The notes: generated by a model from the letters alone, not told the origin. A DNA stretch of 32,000 nucleotides from Geotalea daltonii FRC-32 (GCF_000022265.1 NC_011979.1:1770001-1802000); one strand, 5' to 3'. Shown: positions 19,253-28,357, counted from the first letter of the stretch. Program-made: numbers and translations.

Positions 19253-19777
19253 ATGAACGGGCCCTCTAATGGAGACTTGTTATATTCAAAAAAACAGATC
19301 GCCGGGGAAATCAGGAGACTGGCACGGGAAATCACCATTGCCTATGCAGGGGAAGAATTGATTCTGGTGGTGGTGTTGAAAGGAGCTTTTTTCTTTGCAG
19401 CAGACCTTGCCCGCCAGATACAATTGCCACTCATCCTCGAATTCGTCAAACTCTCCAGCTATAGGGACATGAACTCTACCGGAGACGTGACAATGACAAA
19501 GGATGTGGAGACGTCGCTAACCGGCAAGAATGTACTTATTGTGGAAGATATTGTGGACACTGGCTTATCCCTTGCATTCCTCAGGGAGCGGTTGTTGGCA
19601 AGGGGACCGAAAAGTCTGAAGATATGTGCCCTGATTGATAAGAAAGAGCGTCGAAAAATCGAGGTTAAAACCGATTTTACTGGTCTTGAGTGTCCAGGGG
19701 GCTTCCTCGTAGGATACGGTTTGGATCTGAACGAAAAATTAAGAGAGTTGCCGGCTATTTATGAATTGAATGAATAG
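19253..19777 (+). CDS. hpt: Hypoxanthine phosphoribosyltransferase
   Basis: PRPP-binding motif VLIVEDIVDTGLSL, plus LVVVLKGAFFFAADL. 174 aa from the ATG at 19253 is the typical HPRT length. The track start at 19130 adds 41 non-homologous residues. Confidence 0.9.
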   Translation: MNGPSNGDLLYSKKQIAGEIRRLAREITIAYAGEELILVVVLKGAFFFAADLARQIQLPLILEFVKLSSYRDMNSTGDVTMTKDVETSLTGKNVLIVEDIVDTGLSLAFLRERLLARGPKSLKICALIDKKERRKIEVKTDFTGLECPGGFLVGYGLDLNEKLRELPAIYELNE

Positions 19778-19799
19778 GAATCTTCCGGCGGAGGCATGA

Positions 19800-21743
19800 A
19801 TGATACTACAGTGCGATCAATGTAATACCAAGTTCAAACTGGATGATGCAAAAATAAAGGAAGGCGGGGTCAAGGTTCGCTGTTCCAAGTGCAGGCACGT
19901 CTTTCTCGTTACCAAAGAACCGCAGGAAGAGACAGATTTCGATGCCATCCTTGGCGGACTGGACGCGGCAACACCTCCTCCCCCGGCAGCACCTGCTCCG
20001 GCAGGTGATCGTGCAGAGGCTGAAAACGCAGGCGCCGCTGGCCCGCAGAACAGTTTTTCGCAGCTGAAACAGATGCTTGCAGAGCCAGACAGTGATGAAA
20101 AAAAACAAGAAGAATCCATGGACGAAGAGGGGTTTGACTTCAGTGATTTTAATTTCAGTGAGGAGCAGAAGCCGGCGCCACAGGCTGAGCGGGAAGAAGT
20201 AGTAAAAAGCTATGATTTGAGTGGCTTTAATCCGGATGAAGATGACACCTCTGAAACTACCTTTACTGTTGACACAAGTATTGCTGACAACCCTGAAATT
20301 GCTTCTAGCGACGCCTCCCCGCAAGAGGAAAACCGTTTTGAATTCGATTTTGAAAGTGGGGCTGAACCTGAGCCTGCTGCCAAGATCGATAGTCAGCCTC
20401 CGGAAGATGCCTTCGGTTACAAAGACTTTTCCTTCACTGAAGAAACACTATCGTCCGATACTGAGGCAGCAAGCGATTCGAAGCAGAGTGGCGAATTCGA
20501 TTTCAATGATTTCGCATTCGATGCAGAAGATAAACAAGCCGAACATGCCCCTGTTGCTGATACAGGTAATACTGCACCGGGGCCAGGAGCCGGAGTTGAT
20601 TTTGATTCATTCGATTTCGAGACGGCCGAAGACTCCCCTGAAGCACCGGCAGGTCTCGCCGTTGCGACTGATTTCGAGGCTGCAACCAGTGAACCGTTCA
20701 CCAGGGAGATGGAACTCGACTTGACAGAAAAAGGTCCGGACGAACAGCTTCAAGCTCAGCCACCGGCACTCCCTGACAGCGATGGCAATGGAGAATTTGC
20801 CTTTGATTTCGGCGATGGGAACGGTGATGAAAACTTGTCGCCTGCAGCAACGCCGGCTGCCGCTTCTGCTGCAGATAATGCCGAGGTGCCGGATATCCCC
20901 GAGTTCAGCTTTGGCGACCTTCATGATCAACCCTCTTTAGCAACAAGCCCGGTTGAACAGGCTGCAGGCAAGTCATCAGCGGTGGGAGAAATCGTCGAAG
21001 CAGGAAGAGATCAAGATTTTGCCGCCATCGATTTCGGCCAAGTTGCTCCTTCTGCCGCTGCTCCGGAGGAGACGCAACATCAGCCGTTGTTACACGGTCT
21101 TGTCGGCGGCGATAAGAAAGAAACGCCGCTGTCGGGAGCCCAACCGGAATTTTCGGATGAATATCCTCCGCTGTCAATTTCTTCCCGTCGAAAGAATAGT
21201 TCTTTCTTTACCTTTGCCGGTCTTGGAATCTTTTTACTGGTTCTGCTGGGGCTGGCCGGAACAGGCATCTTCTTCCTCAAAAACTGGCCGGAGGCATTCA
21301 ATAAGGTGGGTTTGGGGTCCATAGTCCAGCGACTGGGCATCAAGCCTGCCGAGGAAGGATATATCGGAGTAAGAAACCCAGTGGGGGCGTTCGTTGTCAA
21401 CAAGGAGGCCGGGGAACTTTTTGTCATTACTGGTGTAGCCGTCAACGAATACCGGAAGCCGCGTGCATCAATTCAGGTCAAGGCGTCTCTTTTCGGCAAA
21501 AACGGTGCAATAGCTATGCAGAAAGTCGCATATTGCGGCAACAATCTATCTAAGGAACAGCTTGAGTCCATGCCGATGGAAAAACTGGAAGCTGCAATGA
21601 ACAATCAGTTCGGCGATTCCCTTTCGAACCTGGGGATTCAACCGGGTAAAGAAATACCGTTTGTGGTGATTTTCAGTAAGGTACCACAGGATGTTACGGA
21701 ATTCGGGGTTGAAGTGGTCGGCTCGACGGTTGCCGGGCAATAG
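19800..21743 (+). CDS. MJ0042-type zinc-ribbon protein with a long acidic disordered region, one TM helix and a DUF3426-like C-terminal domain
   Basis: GGAGG RBS. N-terminal CDQC...(17)...CSKC zinc ribbon. An acidic low-complexity stretch of about 420 aa. TM segment FFTFAGLGIFLLVLLGLAGTGIFFL. The C-terminal beta-rich domain resembles DUF3426. Confidence 0.8.
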   Translation: MILQCDQCNTKFKLDDAKIKEGGVKVRCSKCRHVFLVTKEPQEETDFDAILGGLDAATPPPPAAPAPAGDRAEAENAGAAGPQNSFSQLKQMLAEPDSDEKKQEESMDEEGFDFSDFNFSEEQKPAPQAEREEVVKSYDLSGFNPDEDDTSETTFTVDTSIADNPEIASSDASPQEENRFEFDFESGAEPEPAAKIDSQPPEDAFGYKDFSFTEETLSSDTEAASDSKQSGEFDFNDFAFDAEDKQAEHAPVADTGNTAPGPGAGVDFDSFDFETAEDSPEAPAGLAVATDFEAATSEPFTREMELDLTEKGPDEQLQAQPPALPDSDGNGEFAFDFGDGNGDENLSPAATPAAASAADNAEVPDIPEFSFGDLHDQPSLATSPVEQAAGKSSAVGEIVEAGRDQDFAAIDFGQVAPSAAAPEETQHQPLLHGLVGGDKKETPLSGAQPEFSDEYPPLSISSRRKNSSFFTFAGLGIFLLVLLGLAGTGIFFLKNWPEAFNKVGLGSIVQRLGIKPAEEGYIGVRNPVGAFVVNKEAGELFVITGVAVNEYRKPRASIQVKASLFGKNGAIAMQKVAYCGNNLSKEQLESMPMEKLEAAMNNQFGDSLSNLGIQPGKEIPFVVIFSKVPQDVTEFGVEVVGSTVAGQ

Positions 21744-21770
21744 AGGTCTACTACCAACTAAATGATGGGA

Positions 21771-21798
21771 AAAGGCCGGGTTACCCCGGCCTTTTTTT
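21771..21798. terminator. Bidirectional rho-independent terminator (zinc-ribbon gene / ferredoxin gene)
   Basis: AAA-GGCCGGG-ttac-CCCGGCC-TTTTTTT. Confidence 0.85.
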
Positions 21799-21901
21799 AA
21801 TGTGGCCAGGGAGGCAACGCCAGGCGATGTTGTCTGGGCCAGAAAAAGGAACGGCCGATGCTCATGGAGCACCGGCCGCATTCAATCCTCTCGATGAAGG
21901 A

Positions 21902-22069
21902 TTAAGCGCTGATAGCACTTACGGGACAGGTATCCACGCATGCACCGCAATCAATGCAGGTATCAGCAGAAATGGTCCTCTTGCTGCCTTCTTCGCTGAT
22001 GGCGTTTACAGGACAGGATTCGTCGCAGGCACCGCAGTTGATGCACTCGTCAGAAATTTTGTGAGCCAA
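21902..22069 (-). CDS. 2x[4Fe-4S] clostridial-type ferredoxin (55 aa)
   Basis: Two CxxCxxCxxxCP motifs (CINCGACDESCP, CIDCGACVDTCP). The TTG start at 22069 lies 7 nt after GAAGGAGGTG and gives MAHKISDEC.... The track start at 22132 adds an unlikely 21-aa extension. Confidence 0.85.
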   Translation of the reverse strand: MAHKISDECINCGACDESCPVNAISEEGSKRTISADTCIDCGACVDTCPVSAISA

Positions 22070-22191
22070 TGTATTCACCTCCTTCGTCGTAGTTTGGATT
22101 AGTTGTTTGATTTTTTGAAAAGTAACATACACTTTAAAAAATGTCTACCACAAAGGTCGTTTCGGAAATAGCGACTAATGCAGAAAAATCC

Positions 22192-22220
22192 TTGAACTGA
22201 CGAGTAGTCTGCGGTATTAT
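22192..22220 (+). promoter_or_regulatory. Candidate sigma70 promoter for ackA
   Basis: TTGAAC (22192-22197), a 17-nt spacer, then TATTAT (22215-22220). Confidence 0.4.
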
Positions 22221-22317
22221 AAAAAGCGGTTTTATTTACGTTAAACTTTTTCCCGCCATTTTTACCACCACCGAAATAATCGGTTGCTTTCATTATATTT
22301 TCTGTGTTCAGGGGGAT

Positions 22318-23592
22318 ATGAAAAACATGGATATACTTGCCCTTAACTGTGGTAGCTCCTCGGTAAAGTATCAACTATTCGACTGGGCAAAGAAGGAAGT
22401 AATCGCCAAGGGGATGGTTGAACGGGTTATCATAGGTGATTCTTTCATAATGCATGAAGTGCCGGGGAGGGAAACCTATCGGGAGGAATCGGAATGTCCC
22501 GATCACCAGGTCGCCATCGATCTGATCATCAAAACACTGACCGATCCGGTGCACGGCGTTCTGAAAGATATAAAAAACATCTCCGCCATTGGCCACAGGG
22601 TGGTCCACGGTGGCGAAAAGTTCACCTGTTCAGTGTTGATCGATGACAAGGTGCTTGATGCGGTAAAGGAAGTGCAGCATCTGGCTCCCCTGCACAACCC
22701 GCCGAACATTGCCGGCATTGAAGCAGCCCAGGCCATCCTGCCGGACGTTCCTCAGGTGGCGATTTTCGATACCGCTTTTCATCAGACCATGCCGGAGCAT
22801 TCCTATCTCTACCCACTGCCCTATGAATGGTATGAGAAATACGGCGTCCGTCGTTACGGGTTCCACGGCACCTCCCATCTCTATGTCTCCAAGCGGGCTG
22901 CTGTCCTCTTGGGCAAAGCACCCAAAGATACCAATATCATCACCATGCACATCGGTAATGGGGTTTCCCATTGTGCCATAGCCAATGGAGTTTCAGTTGA
23001 TACGAGCATGGGGCTGACTCCTCTGGAAGGGGCGGTAATGGGAACACGCTGTGGCGATATCGACCCGGCTATTCCTGCTTTCATGATGCAGAAAGAGAAT
23101 CTGTCGGCCAAGGAGATCGACAGCATCCTCAATAAAAAAAGTGGTGTATTGGGTATTACCGGGCGCTTTACCGATCGCCGCGAGGTCATTGAGCATGCCG
23201 GAAATGGGGACAGGCTCTGCAAACTGGCATTGGATATTGAGGCCTACCGCTTGCGAAAGTATATCGGCTCATACATGGCCGCCATCGGCAAGCTTGACGC
23301 GGTTGTCTTCACCGCCGGTGTCGGCGAGATGGGCTGGCCGATAAGGGAAAAAACTATTGAAGGGCTGGAGCATCTGGGCATCAAGCTTGACAAGGAGCGA
23401 AACAAGTCGGCCATGACCAGGAAACGGGAGACCCTCATCACCACCGACGATTCACCGGTGAAAGTCTACGTCATTCCTACAGACGAGGAGCTGGTCTTCA
23501 CCGAAGACGTGGCGGCCATTCTGGAAGGAACCTACACCGATCATATGCAGTTCGAGTACTCTTTCTCGCGGCCGGATTTCGTCAGAAAATAA
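22318..23592 (+). CDS. ackA: Acetate kinase
   Basis: ILALNCGSSSVKYQLF, AIGHRVVHGG, FDTAFHQTMP and GFHGTSH are canonical acetate kinase motifs. The start could instead be the ATG at 22327 (MDIL...). Confidence 0.95.
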   Translation: MKNMDILALNCGSSSVKYQLFDWAKKEVIAKGMVERVIIGDSFIMHEVPGRETYREESECPDHQVAIDLIIKTLTDPVHGVLKDIKNISAIGHRVVHGGEKFTCSVLIDDKVLDAVKEVQHLAPLHNPPNIAGIEAAQAILPDVPQVAIFDTAFHQTMPEHSYLYPLPYEWYEKYGVRRYGFHGTSHLYVSKRAAVLLGKAPKDTNIITMHIGNGVSHCAIANGVSVDTSMGLTPLEGAVMGTRCGDIDPAIPAFMMQKENLSAKEIDSILNKKSGVLGITGRFTDRREVIEHAGNGDRLCKLALDIEAYRLRKYIGSYMAAIGKLDAVVFTAGVGEMGWPIREKTIEGLEHLGIKLDKERNKSAMTRKRETLITTDDSPVKVYVIPTDEELVFTEDVAAILEGTYTDHMQFEYSFSRPDFVRK

Positions 23593-23720
23593 CTTATAAA
23601 CTGTCGGCAGACGGTAGTCGGCAGTCGGAAACAAAACATACCCCCCTGCTCACTGACGTTTGCTTCCCCCCTATGGAATAGGGGAGGATTGATGGGGGGA
23701 GCAAGTAATGGCAAAAAAAG

Positions 23721-23752
23721 AAAAAGGCCGGGGAATTTCTCCCGGCCTTTTC
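23721..23752. terminator. Bidirectional rho-independent terminator shared by convergent ackA and pta
   Basis: AAAAA-GGCCGGG-gaatttct-CCCGGCC-TTTTCTTTTTT, with an A-run upstream. Confidence 0.85.
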
Positions 23753-23783
23753 TTTTTTGCCACCGACCGCCTTTAAACGGCTT

Positions 23784-24785
23784 TTATCCTTGTGCCTGAA
23801 CAGCTGTGATTGCTGCGACATTCACTATGTCATCCACGGAGCAGCCGCGGGAAAGATCGTTTACCGGCTTTGCAAGTCCCTGGATGACCGGTCCGATAGC
23901 TTCTGCCCCGGCAACACGTTCCACCAGTTTATAGGCGATATTCCCGGCATCCAGATCGGGGAAGACCAGGACGTTGGCCTTACCGGCAACCGGGCTTCCG
24001 GGCGCCTTCTTTTCCCCGACTTTTGGCAGCAGGGCTGCATCTGCTTGCAATTCCCCATCAATCTGCAGTGATGGATCGATCCCCCGGGCGATTTCCAGAG
24101 CCTTGAGCACCTTGTCCACATCGGCATGGGCTGCGCTTCCCTTGGTGGAGAAGGAGAGCATGGCAACGCGGGCGGGGACGTCGAGGAAGGATTTGCAGTT
24201 GCGGGCGGTGGCGACGGCTATTTCGGCCAGGGCCTGGGCATCCGGGTTGGGATTGACGGCGCAGTCGGCAAAAAGGACGATGCCGTTTTCACCGAAGTCG
24301 GTATTTTTAGTGACCATGAGAAAAAATGAAGAGACGGTTTTGATCCCCGGAGCCGTCCCAACTGTCTGAAATGCAGCCTTAAGCACATTGCCGGTGGTTC
24401 CGGTGGCACCGGCAACTTCACCTCCGGCGTCTCCCAGCCTGACCATCATGCCGGCATAGTACAGGTAATCCTTTGCCGTGAGAAGGTTACGGGCCTCTTC
24501 CCTGGTCAACCCCTTGCTTTTCCGCAGTTCCACCAGTGCATCGATGTAGGCTTCGAGTTTTGGCGAGGTTGCCGGATCGAGGATCTCCACTCCCGCAAGA
24601 TTGACCCCTTTGTTCTGGGCAGCGGCGGAAACCTCCGTCTGATTACCAAGGATGATTATTTTGGCCAAACCTTGTTCCACTATTTTCTGAGCGGCAAAAA
24701 GCATCCTCTCGTCATAACTTTCAGGTAGCACGACAGTTTGCAGGTTTTTTTTTGCTTTGGCCTTGATCTGCTCCATTAAGTGCAT
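23784..24785 (-). CDS. pta: Phosphate acetyltransferase (short, about 333 aa form)
   Basis: [29 protein letters not shown]... is the typical Pta N-terminus. GGGAGA RBS precedes the ATG at 24785. The track start at 24851 adds 22 residues that overlap the predicted promoter. Confidence 0.92.
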   Translation of the reverse strand: MHLMEQIKAKAKKNLQTVVLPESYDERMLFAAQKIVEQGLAKIIILGNQTEVSAAAQNKGVNLAGVEILDPATSPKLEAYIDALVELRKSKGLTREEARNLLTAKDYLYYAGMMVRLGDAGGEVAGATGTTGNVLKAAFQTVGTAPGIKTVSSFFLMVTKNTDFGENGIVLFADCAVNPNPDAQALAEIAVATARNCKSFLDVPARVAMLSFSTKGSAAHADVDKVLKALEIARGIDPSLQIDGELQADAALLPKVGEKKAPGSPVAGKANVLVFPDLDAGNIAYKLVERVAGAEAIGPVIQGLAKPVNDLSRGCSVDDIVNVAAITAVQAQG

Positions 24786-24822
24786 AACTTTCTCCCATTT
24801 GATATTTAGAACAAGATTTGAT

Positions 24823-24851
24823 TTTATACCGCAAGCATTGGGCACGGTCAA
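24823..24851 (-). promoter_or_regulatory. Candidate sigma70 promoter for pta
   Basis: Minus strand reads TTGACC, a 17-nt spacer, then TATAAA (5/6 match for each hexamer). Confidence 0.5.
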
Positions 24852-24870
24852 TAAAAAAAGGCGGTCCGAA

Positions 24871-24909
24871 AATTAAAAACCCTCTGCCAAGCAGCTGAAG
24901 GCAGAGGGT
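24871..24909 (-). terminator. Rho-independent terminator ending the moaC operon
   Basis: 10-bp stem ACCCTCTGCC/GGCAGAGGGT with an 11-nt loop. On the minus strand it is followed by TTTTTAATT. Confidence 0.75.
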
Positions 24910-24934
24910 TTGTTGGGCTAATGGTAGTAACAGT

Positions 24935-25429
24935 TCAAGCAGAGTCGGAGGATTTATTTTGCTGTTTACGATAGGTGCCGCTCTTCCCACCCTCCTTGTA
25001 AAGCAGGGTGATCTCGCCAATGGAAATTCCCTTGTCTGCACCTTTGCACATGTCATATATGGCAAGTGCTGCCACGGAAGCCGAAACCATTGCTTCCATC
25101 TCCACACCGGTACGTTCGAATGCCCTGACCGTAGCCTCTATGGTGATGACTCCCTTGTTTTCGTCCGTGCTGAACTCAATGGCAGCGTGATGGATGGCAA
25201 GGGGATGGGATAAGGGTATCAGTTCCGGGGTCTTCTTGGCGGCAGTGATCCCTGCCAGTCGGGCAACGGCGAAGACATCCCCCTTGCTGATTTTTCCTTC
25301 GATTATGGCAGACAGAGTTTCTTTTTTCAGAAAAACCGTTGCTGCAGCAACTGCCGTGCGCAGGGTCGGTTGTTTGCCGCTGACATCGACCATGATTGCC
25401 TGGCCCCGGTCGTCAAAGTGGTTGAACAT
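24935..25429 (-). CDS. moaC: Cyclic pyranopterin monophosphate synthase
   Basis: MVDVSGK...KGDVFAVARLAGI.AAKKT.ELIPLSHP...TGVEMEAM.SASVAAL.IYDM matches MoaC along its whole length. Confidence 0.93.
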   Translation of the reverse strand: MFNHFDDRGQAIMVDVSGKQPTLRTAVAAATVFLKKETLSAIIEGKISKGDVFAVARLAGITAAKKTPELIPLSHPLAIHHAAIEFSTDENKGVITIEATVRAFERTGVEMEAMVSASVAALAIYDMCKGADKGISIGEITLLYKEGGKSGTYRKQQNKSSDSA

Positions 25430-25442
25430 TGATCACCTCGCT

Positions 25443-26657
25443 TTATGCTTCTTCCATTTCGAAATTGTGGTTAAGGATATGCACGTCAATCTGTTCGCCG
25501 GCAGCGAACACCGATTTATCGGCTGGCAGCAGGGCCAGTCCGTCCGCCTGAATCATGGTTCTGACGATGCCGGTTTCCTGGTTGCCGCTGCTGGTCGCCA
25601 GGTAGCCATCCTTTCCTTTCCCGAGGGTGACGCGAAGGAAATGCAGCCGCCCGGGTTTCTTGCGGATCTCTTCCGTCAGTGTTGCCTTGTATGTGGGGGA
25701 GATAATCCTCTTTCTCCCCATCATCTTCAAAAGCGCCGGTTTTACCAGTTCTTCGAAGGTAATCATGGTCGAAACGGGATTGCCGGGGAGGGAGAAGACG
25801 GGGATATTATCTTTCATGGCGAAGGCGGTGGGGCGCCCCGGCTTGATGTCAACCTTCCAGAATAGTTGCCGCACTCCCAGTTCGGTTAGGACCTCCCGCA
25901 CCAGGTCGCGATCGCCGGCGGAAACGCCTGCAGATGTCAATAGCACATCCGCTTGTAGCCCCTGGCTGAGGAGATGCAAATGGCTTTCCCTGTTATCCCT
26001 GGCGATGCCGATGATGACAGGTTCTCCGCCGATTTCCTTGACGGCCGCCGCCAGTGATAACGCATTGCTGTTGATGATTTGCCCTTGTCCAATCTGTCCC
26101 CCCAGTTCAACCAGTTCATCACCGGTGGAAACTATGGCAACTCTGAGTCTGCGGAAAACAGGCACCAGGGCAGCGCCCAGAGATGCAAGCATGTTGATGC
26201 CCGACGAAGTAATTGCTGTGCCGGCTGCCAGGACCTTGTCTCCAGCCTTGATATCTTCGCCGGCAAAGCGGATATGCTGCCTTTTCTTGACCTGCTCCAG
26301 TATCTTTACCGAATCAGTTCCTTCGACGGTTTCCTCGACCGGCACTACTGCATCGGCTCCGGGAGGGATGGGGGCGCCGGTCATGATCTTTATGGCGCAA
26401 CCCGGTTCCACGGCAGCAGTGGCTACGGCTCCGGCAGGAATATATCCGGTGACCCTGAGCGTTGCCGGCCCTTGGCAGTCTTCGGCCCGGACGGCAAAAC
26501 CATCCATGGCCGAGTTGTTCCACGGGGGCATGTCCCATGGGGCGGCCATATCCTCGGCGAGAGTCCGGCCTATGGCATCAAGGAGGGCAACACGCTCCAT
26601 GTTTATGGTTGCAACATTGTCAAGAATGATTTTCCTGGCTTCAGTGAAGGTGGGCAT
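25443..26657 (-). CDS. moeA: Molybdopterin molybdenumtransferase
   Basis: NSAMDGFAVR, the GAPIPPGADAVVPVE block and the MoCF-biosynthesis domain SLPGNPVS. The ATG at 26657 (MPTFTEARK...) has a GAGG RBS. The track start at 26696 is TTG. Confidence 0.9.
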   Translation of the reverse strand: MPTFTEARKIILDNVATINMERVALLDAIGRTLAEDMAAPWDMPPWNNSAMDGFAVRAEDCQGPATLRVTGYIPAGAVATAAVEPGCAIKIMTGAPIPPGADAVVPVEETVEGTDSVKILEQVKKRQHIRFAGEDIKAGDKVLAAGTAITSSGINMLASLGAALVPVFRRLRVAIVSTGDELVELGGQIGQGQIINSNALSLAAAVKEIGGEPVIIGIARDNRESHLHLLSQGLQADVLLTSAGVSAGDRDLVREVLTELGVRQLFWKVDIKPGRPTAFAMKDNIPVFSLPGNPVSTMITFEELVKPALLKMMGRKRIISPTYKATLTEEIRKKPGRLHFLRVTLGKGKDGYLATSSGNQETGIVRTMIQADGLALLPADKSVFAAGEQIDVHILNHNFEMEEA

Positions 26658-26718
26658 GGAGTTTACCTCGTCTGGCTTCTTAAGATTTTGAGACAAAAGC
26701 CTCTACTGCAAAGAAGGG

Positions 26719-27402
26719 CTATGCAGCAGTAAGGCAATTAACTTGCGGTGAGCCTGCCAGCCTTCCCTGGACGAGGTGAATGCTTTCGGCAAAGAGCAGA
26801 GGCTCCCGCGGAGGTTCATGGGTTGCCATGATCACCGTCGTTCCTCCTTGAGGGAGGGAAGCCAATATGTTTTCCATCATTTCCGCAGTTTTCCTGTCGA
26901 CGCTGCTAAACGGCTCATCGAGCAGCAGCACCAGCGGTTTCAGTATCAGGGCCCTTGCCATTGCCACCCGCTGTGCTTCGCCCCCGGAGAGGTCCAGAAC
27001 CGGCCTCGCCTGAAAGCCACTCAGTCCGACCGAGTCGAGGGCTTCATCAACCAGCTGCTGTTGCAGTCCATGGGGTATCTTGCGGGCATTGAGTCCATAA
27101 GCCACATTGGCAAAGACGGTCCCGGCAAAAAGATACGGGGATTGATGGAGCAGGGTCACTTTTTGTCTGCAGGCAAGCAAGGTGCGGCTTTTCCAATCAA
27201 CCCCGTGCCCCTCGAAAGAGATATCTCCCGAAGTGGGTGGCGAAAGAAAAGCCAGGATGTTCAGCAGGGTGCTTTTGCCGGCTCCGTTCTGACCGGTCAG
27301 CAGATAACAGCGCCCTTGATGAATATCCAGATGATCCAGGTCAAGTACTATATTATTCCTGTAGAACTTACGAATCGATCTCAAAGTGAAGAGCGTGTTC
27401 AT
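26719..27402 (-). CDS. ABC transporter ATP-binding protein (tungstate/molybdate-type by context)
   Basis: Walker A GQNGAGKST, signature LSGGEAQR, Walker B LLLDEP. Separated by 3 nt from the upstream permease gene. Confidence 0.9.
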   Translation of the reverse strand: MNTLFTLRSIRKFYRNNIVLDLDHLDIHQGRCYLLTGQNGAGKSTLLNILAFLSPPTSGDISFEGHGVDWKSRTLLACRQKVTLLHQSPYLFAGTVFANVAYGLNARKIPHGLQQQLVDEALDSVGLSGFQARPVLDLSGGEAQRVAMARALILKPLVLLLDEPFSSVDRKTAEMMENILASLPQGGTTVIMATHEPPREPLLFAESIHLVQGRLAGSPQVNCLTAA

Positions 27403-27405
27403 GGT

Positions 27406-28095
27406 TTACCTCTGTTGCTGAAGAATGTTCAGTGCCAGGTTGACGAGAAAAGCCACCGCCAGGAGAACAATCCCCAATGCCAGTCCGAAGGCGAATTCTC
27501 CCTTGCTGGTTTCCATGGCAATGGCAGTGGTCATGGTACGGGTATAACCGCGAATGTTTCCTCCGAGCATCATGGCAGCGCCTACCTCGGCGATGACTCT
27601 TCCAAAGCCGGCAATGACGGCCGCCATCACGCCATACCGCTCTTCACGTACCAGCTGCAGGACCCCTTGCAAAGGGCCAGCTCCCAAAGTGAGAGCCGTG
27701 GGAAGGATCCGCTTGTCGGCACCTTCGATGGTACTGAGGGTATAATTGGTAATGATGGGGATGGCCAGCAGTGTCTGTCCCAAAACCATCGCCTTTGGTG
27801 TAAAAAGAAGCCCGAACTGCCCGAGAGGTCCTTGGCGGCTTATCATGCCATAGACCACCAGTCCCACAACAACTGTAGGTAGGGCCATCAGCGTGTTAAG
27901 CGTTGTCGTCAGGGCTCCTTTCAGCGGAAATGTGCCGATGCCGATAGTAATACCGGCAGGGATGCCGATGACCGATGCAAAAAGCGTTGACCATATGGAT
28001 ACGTAAATGGAAGTCCAGACGGTCGTATAGACCTCCCGGTCCATGGACATGATGAGGCTGAAAGCTGTCTGCAGTGATTCGGAAAAAAACCCCAC
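27406..28095 (-). CDS. ABC transporter permease, TupB-like (tungstate/molybdate-type, tentative)
   Basis: About 6 hydrophobic helices. The block FGRVIAEVGAAMMLGGNIRGYTRTMTTAIAMETSKGEF resembles tungstate-uptake permeases (from memory). GTG start downstream of AGGAGG. Confidence 0.82.
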   Translation of the reverse strand: MGFFSESLQTAFSLIMSMDREVYTTVWTSIYVSIWSTLFASVIGIPAGITIGIGTFPLKGALTTTLNTLMALPTVVVGLVVYGMISRQGPLGQFGLLFTPKAMVLGQTLLAIPIITNYTLSTIEGADKRILPTALTLGAGPLQGVLQLVREERYGVMAAVIAGFGRVIAEVGAAMMLGGNIRGYTRTMTTAIAMETSKGEFAFGLALGIVLLAVAFLVNLALNILQQQR

Positions 28096-28184
28096 CTAGT
28101 TCATCCCCTCCTGTGGATACAGAATGTACTTAAGGGCCTCTTTGCCAGCGACATTGAAGGCTCCTTACCCCGTGCTTCAGAAAT

Positions 28185-28217
28185 AAAAAAAGGTCCCTTT
28201 CTTGATGGAAAGAGACC
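28185..28217 (-). terminator. Intrinsic terminator acting as the expression platform of the Moco riboswitch
   Basis: Minus strand reads GGTCTCTTTC-catcaa-GAAAGGGACC followed by TTTTTTT. The 5' arm TCTCTTTCC can pair instead with the aptamer 3' segment GGAAAGGAGA, forming an antiterminator. Confidence 0.7.
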
Positions 28218-28251
28218 CCGCGGGTAACGGTTTTTTATGCCGTTCGGTGAC

Positions 28252-28357
28252 TCTCCTTTCCAAAAGGGAGGCGCTGCCGTTTCCAGCAGGACCCAATGGT
28301 CGGTTGCCATGGGAATGACAGCTTTGTCATCCCCGGTAGGCAATTACGACTCGGAGA
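28252..28357 (-). promoter_or_regulatory. Moco (molybdenum cofactor) riboswitch aptamer
   Basis: Minus strand reads UCUCCGAG...UUGCC-UACC-GGGGAUGACA-aagc-UGUCAUUCCC-AUGGCAA...CUGCUG-GAAA-CGGCAG-CGCCUCCC-UUUU-GGAAAGGAGA. Features: P1 UCUCC/GGAGA, a GNRA-capped hairpin and the CGCCUCCC...GGAAAGG hallmark, as I recall it from the E. coli moaA leader. It lies upstream of Mo/W transport and Moco synthesis genes. Confidence 0.75.

Noticed and set aside
19319-19345. TGGCACG, resembling a sigma54 -24 element, with a similar GGCACGGAAATCACC string at 9565-9580.
   Set aside because: No TTGC -12 element lies at the required spacing in either case. The first is inside the hpt coding sequence. The shared 15-mer is most likely coincidence.
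28101-28343. An 80-aa minus-strand ORF upstream of the ABC permease.
   Set aside because: It coincides with the Moco riboswitch aptamer and its terminator. It has no RBS and no protein-like features.
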